Part shown: one piece after another, positions 58,407-64,000 of the stretch | How positions within the stretch are numbered: the first letter of the stretch is position 1 | How the letters are laid out: each line of letters begins with the position of its first letter | From: Balanoglossus misakiensis | Lineage: Eukaryota > Animalia > Hemichordata | NCBI GenBank assembly: GCA_040954595.2 | Contig: CM082582.2 | Coordinates: forward strand, 1,178,001 to 1,242,000 | Length of the DNA stretch: 64,000 nucleotides | Reading direction: 5' to 3' | The notes under the pieces: model-generated | Seen by the model: the letters and a program-made list of their open reading frames with translations, nothing else | What the model was told of the DNA's origin: nothing | The model's database searches: none | Program-made: the position numbers and the translations under genes

Positions 58407-61400
58407 TTTTTGATGATTTTCACCCATGATTTTTTTCAAAAATCGACGAAATTTTGAGATTTTGCAAAGTCGAAAATTTGTCATTTTTTGATGATTTTCA
58501 CCCATGTTTTTTTTTTTAAAATCGACGAACCTATGATTTTTTTCAAAATCGACGAAATTTTGTGATTTTACAAAGTCGAAAATTTTGTCATTTTTTGATG
58601 ATTTTCAACCATGATTTTTTTTCAAAAATCGACGAAAATTTGAGATTTTGCAAAGACGAAAATTTGTCATTTTTGATGATTTTTACCCATGACTTTTATT
58701 CAAAAATGGACGAAATTTTGAGATTTTGCAAAGACGAAAATTTGTCATTTTTTGATGATTTTCACCCATGATTTTTTTTCAAAAATCGACGAAATTTTGA
58801 GATTTTGCAAAGTCGAAAATTTGTCATTTTTTGATGATTTTCAACCATTATTTTTTTTCAAAATCGACGAAATTTTGAGATTTTGCAAAGTCGAAAATTT
58901 GTCATTTTTTGATGATTTTCCCCCATGTTTTTTTTTTTAAAATGGACGAAATTTTGAGATTTTGCAAAGACGAAAATTTGTCATTTTTTGATAATTTTTA
59001 CCCATGATTTTTTTTCAAAAATGGACGAAATTTTGAGATTTTGCAAAGTCGAAAATTTGTCATTTTTTGATGATTTTCACCAATATTATTTTTCAAAAAC
59101 CGACGAAATTTTGAGATTTAGCAAAGACGAAAATTTGTCATTTTTTGATGATTTTTACCCCTGATTTTTTTCAAAAATTGACGAAATTTTGAGATTTTGC
59201 AAAGTCGAAAATTTGTCATTTTTTGATGATTTTCACCCGTGATTTTTATTCAAAAATCGACGAAATTTTGAGATTTTGCAAAGTCGAAAATTTGTCATTT
59301 TTTGATGATTTTCCCCCATGTTTTTTTTTTAAATGGACGAAATTTTGAGATTTTGCAAAGACGAAAATTTGTCATTTTTTGATGATTTTTACCCATGATT
59401 TTTTTTCAAAAATGGACGAAATTTTAAGATTTTGCAAAGTCGAAAATTTGTCATTTTTTGATGATTTTCCCCCATGTTTTTTTTTTTAAATGGACGAAAT
59501 TTTGAGATTTTGCAAAAACGAAAATTTGTCATTTTTTGATGATTTTTACCCATGATTTTTTTTCAAAAATGGACGAAATTTTGAGATTTTGCAAAGACGA
59601 AAATTTGTCATTTTTTGATGATTTTCACCATGATTTTTTTTTCAAAAATCGACGAAATGTTGAGATTTTGCAAAGTCGAAAATGTGTCATTTTTTGATGA
59701 TTTTCACCCGTGATTTTTATTCAAAAATCGACGAAATTTTGAGATTTTGCAAAGTCGAAAATTTGTCATTTTTTGATGATTTTCACCCATATTATTTTTA
59801 AAAAACCGACGAAATTTTGAGATTTAGCAAAGACGAAAATTTGTCATTTTTTGATGATTTTTACCCATGATTTTTTCAAAAATTGACGAAATTTTGAGAT
59901 TTTGCAAAGTCGAAAATTTGTCATTTTTTGATGATTTTCACCCATGATTTTTTTCAAAAATCGACGAAATTTTAAGATTTTGCAAAGACGAAAATTTGTC
60001 ATTTTTTGATGATTTTTACCCATGATTTTTTTTCAAAAATCGACGAAATTTTTAGATTTTTCAAAGTCGAAAATGTGTCATTTTTTCATGATTTTCACCC
60101 ATGATTTTTTTTCAAAAATCGACGAAATTTTGAGATTTTGCATAATCGAAAATGTGTCATTTTTTGATGATTTTTACCCATGATTTTTTTTCAAAAATCG
60201 ACGAAATTTTGAGATTTTGCAAAGTCGAAAATTTGTCATTTTTTGATGATTTTCACCCATGTTTTTTTTTTTAAAATCGACGAACCTATGATTTTTTTCA
60301 AAATCGACGAAATTTTGTGATTTTACAAAGTCGAAAATTTTGTCATTTTTTGATGATTTTCAACCATGATTTTTTTTCAAAAATCGACGAAAATTTGAGA
60401 TTTTGCAAAGACGAAAATTTGTCATTTTTGATGATTTTTACCCATGATTTTTATTCAAAAATGGACGAAATTTTGAGATTTTGCAAAGACGAAAATTTTT
60501 CATTTTTTGATGATTTTCACCCATGATTGTTTTTTCAAAAATCGACGAAATTTTGAGATTTTGCAAAGTCGAAAATTTGTCATTTTTTGATGATTTTGCC
60601 CCATGTTTTTTTTTTAAAATGGACGAAATTTTGAGATTTTGCAAAGACGAAAATTTGTCATTTTTTGATGATTTTCAACCATGTTTTTTTTTTAAAAATC
60701 GACGAACCTATGATTTTTTTCAAAATCGACGAAATTTTGTGATTTTACAAAGTCGAAAATTTTGTCATTTTTTGATGATTTTCACCATGATTTTTTTTCA
60801 AAAATCGACGAAATTTTGAGATTTTGCAAAGTTGAAAATTTGTCATTTTTTGATGATTTTCACCCATGAATTTTTCAAAAATCGACGAAATTTTGAGATT
60901 TTGCAAAGTCGAAAATTTGTCATATTTTGATGATTTTCACCAATGTTTTTTTTTAAAAATCGGCGAACCCATGATTTTTTTCAAAATCGACGAAATTTTG
61001 AGATTTTGCATAATCGAAAATTTGTCATTTTTTGATGATTTTCACCCATGATTTTTTTTAAAAATGAACGAAATTTTGAGATTTTGCAAAGTCAAAAATT
61101 TGTCATTTTTTGATGATTTTCAACCATTATTTTTTTTCAAAAATGGACGAAATTTTGAGATTTTGCAAAGACGAAAATTTGTCATTTTTTGATGATTTTC
61201 ACCATGATTTTTTTTCAAAAATCGACGAAATTTTGAGATTTTGCAAAGTCGAAAATTTGTCATTTTTTGATGATTTTCACCATGATTTTTTTTCAAAAAT
61301 CGACGAAATTTTGAGATTTTGCAAAGTCGAAAATTTGTCATTTTTTGATGATTTTCACCCATGATTTTTTTTCAAAAATCGACGAAATTTTGAGATTTTG

Positions 61401-64000
61401 CAAAGTCGAAAATTTGTCATTTTTTGATGATTTTCACCATGATTTTTTTTCAAAAATCGACGAAATTTTGAGATTTTGCAAAGTCGAAAATTTGTCATTT
61501 TTTGATGATTTTCACCATGATTTTTTTTCAAAAATCGACGAAATTTTGAGATTTTGCAAAGTCGAAAATTTGTCATTTTTTGATGATTTTCACCATGATT
61601 TTTTTTCAAAAATGGACGAAATTTTGAGATTTTGCAAAGTCGAAAATTTGTCATTTTTTGATGATTTTCACCAATATTATTTTTCAAAAACCGACAAAAT
61701 TTTGAGATTTAGCAAAGACGAAAATTTGTCATTTTTTGATGATTTTTACCCCTGATTTTTTTCAAAAATTGACGAAATTTTGAGATTTTGCAAAGTCGAA
61801 AATTTGTCATTTTTTGATGATTTTCACCCATGATTTTTTACAAAAATCGACGAAATTTTGAGATCTTGCAAAGTCGAAAATTTGTAATTTTTTGATGATT
61901 TTCACCATGATTTTTTTTCAAAAATGGACGAAATTTTGAGATTTTGCAAAGTCGAAAATTTGTCATTTTTTGATGATTTTCACCAATATTATTTTTCAAA
62001 AACCGACGAAATTTTGAGATTTTGCAAAGTCGAAAATTTGTCATTTTTTGATGATTTTCACCCATGATTTTTTACAAAAATCGACGAAATTTTGAGATTT
62101 TGCAAAGTCGAAAATTTGTAATTTTTTGATGATTTTCACCCATGATTTTTTTCAAAAATCGACGAAATTGTGAGATTCTGCAAAGTCGATAATTTGTCAT
62201 TTTTTGATGATTTTCCCCCAATGGTTTTTTTCAAAATCGACGAAATTTTGAGATTTTGCAAAGTCGAAAATTTGTCATTTTTTGATGATTTTCCCCCATG
62301 TTTTTTTTTTAAATGGACGAAATTTTGAGATTTTGCAAAGACGAAAATTTGTTATTTTTTGATGATTTTTACCCATGATTTTTTTTCAAAAATGGACGAA
62401 ATTTTATGATTTTGCAAAGTCGAAAATTTGTCATTTTTTGATGATTTTCACCCATGAATTTTTCAAAAATCGACGAAATTTTGAGATTTTGCAAAGTCGA
62501 ACATTTGTCATATTTTGATGATTTTCACCAATGTTTTTTTTTAAAAATCGGCGAACCCATGATTTTTTTCAAAATCGACGAAATTTTGAGATTTTGCATA
62601 ATCGAAAATTTGTCATTTTTTGATGATTTTCACCCATGATTATTTTTAAAAATGAACGAAATTTTGAGATTTTGCAAAGTCAAAAATTTGTCATTTTTTG
62701 ATGATTTTCAACCATTATTTTTTTCAAAAATGGACGAAATTTTGAGATTTTGCAAAGACGAAAATTTGTCATTTTTTGATGATTTTCACCATGTTTTTTT
62801 TTTAAAAATCGACGAACCTATGATTTTTTTCAAAATCGACGAAATTTTGTGATTTTACAAAGTCGAAAATTTTGTCATTTTTTGATGATTTTCACCATGA
62901 TTTTTTTTCAAAAATCGACGAAATTTTGAGATTTTGCAAAGTTGAAAATTTGTCATTTTTTGATGATTTTCACCCATGAATTTTTCAAAAATCGACGAAA
63001 TTTTGAGATTTTGCAAAGTCGAAAATTTGTCATATTTTGATGATTTTCACCAATGTTTTTTTTTAAAAATCGGCGAACCCATGATTTTTTTCAAAATCGA
63101 CGAAATTTTGAGATTTTGCATAATCGAAAATTTGTCATTTTTTGATGATTTTCACCCATGATTTTTTTTAAAAATGAACGAAATTTTGAGATTTTGCAAA
63201 GTCAAAAATTTGTCATTTTTTGATGATTTTCAACCATTATTTTTTTTCAAAAATGGACGAAATTTTGAGATTTTGCAAAGACGAAAATTTGTCATTTTTT
63301 GATGATTTTCACCATGATTTTTTTTCAAAAATCGACGAAATTTTGAGATTTTGCAAAGTCGAAAATTTGTCATTTTTTGATGATTTTCACCATGATTTTT
63401 TTTCAAAAATCGACGAAATTTTGAGATTTTGCAAAGTCGAAAATTTGTCATTTTTTGATGATTTTCACCCATGATTTTTTTTCAAAAATCGACGAAATTT
63501 TGAGATTTTGCAAAGTCGAAAATTTGTCATTTTTTGATGATTTTCACCATGATTTTTTTTCAAAAATCGACGAAATTTTGAGATTTTGCAAAGTCGAAAA
63601 TTTGTCATTTTTTGATGATTTTTACCCATGATTTTTTCAAAAATTGACGAAATTTTGAGATTTTGCAAAGTCGAAAATTTGTCATTTTTTGATGATTTTC
63701 ACCCATGATTTTTTTCAAAAATCGACGAAATTTTAAGATTTTGCAAAGACGAAAATTTGTCATTTTTTGATGATTTTTACCCATGATTTTTTTTCAAAAA
63801 TCGACGAAATTTTTAGATTTTTCAAAGTCGAAAATGTGTCATTTTTTCATGATTTTCACCCATGATTTTTTTTCAAAAATCGACGAAATTTTGAGATTTT
63901 GCATAATCGAAAATGTGTCATTTTTTGATGATTTTTACCCATGATTTTTTTTCAAAAATCGACGAAATTTTGAGATTTTGCAAAGTCGAAAATTTGTCAT
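58402..64000. repeat. ~78-79-bp AT-rich satellite running off the window end
   Basis: Unit AAAAATCGACGAAATTTTGAGATTTTGCAAAGTCGAAAATTTGTCATTTTTTGATGATTTTCACC(C)ATGATTTTTTTTC; the 26-aa periodic ORFs are by-products of the repeat. Confidence 0.98.

Noticed and set aside
58562-63668. Repetitive ORFs (KIDEILRFCKVENLSFFDDF / GENHQKMTNFRLCK)
   Set aside because: Translations of a 78-bp satellite with frequent homopolymer frameshifts on both strands.

Overview
AT-rich eukaryotic (animal, probably invertebrate) genomic DNA with spliceosomal GT-AG introns; nothing prokaryotic and no CRISPR. All coordinates and alignments were read by eye. 1-5433: last 11 coding exons of a single-pass membrane protein with an RRKR furin-type site, four Cys-rich GCC2/GCC3 (Ephrin_rec_like) repeats, two EGF domains, a TM helix and an NPxY tail (SVEP1/uninflatable-like architecture), with several MITEs in its introns. 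7-14 kb: a foldback MITE, a decayed L2/CR1-type RT fragment, a probable solo LTR and a ~33-copy 86-bp tandem array. 14139-41667: the dominant and most unusual structure, a ~27.5-kb giant inverted repeat with ~10-11 kb arms around a ~6.3-kb spacer. Each arm is itself palindromic at two further levels, shows mosaic gene-conversion-like identity, and holds a highly conserved core with two covarying stem-loop modules; the spacer contains orphan exon-like pieces (pentraxin). 42992-47745: a full-length Mag-like Ty3/Gypsy element with apparently identical LTRs but a disabled gag-pol. 47.7-55.9 kb: a decayed GC-rich ORF and a second palindromic system of head-to-head pseudogenes encoding tandem OB folds, with a ~2.06-kb duplication whose junction suggests template switching. 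57.4-64 kb: a ~300-bp tandem repeat with CTCF-like motifs abutting a ~78-bp satellite with higher-order structure.
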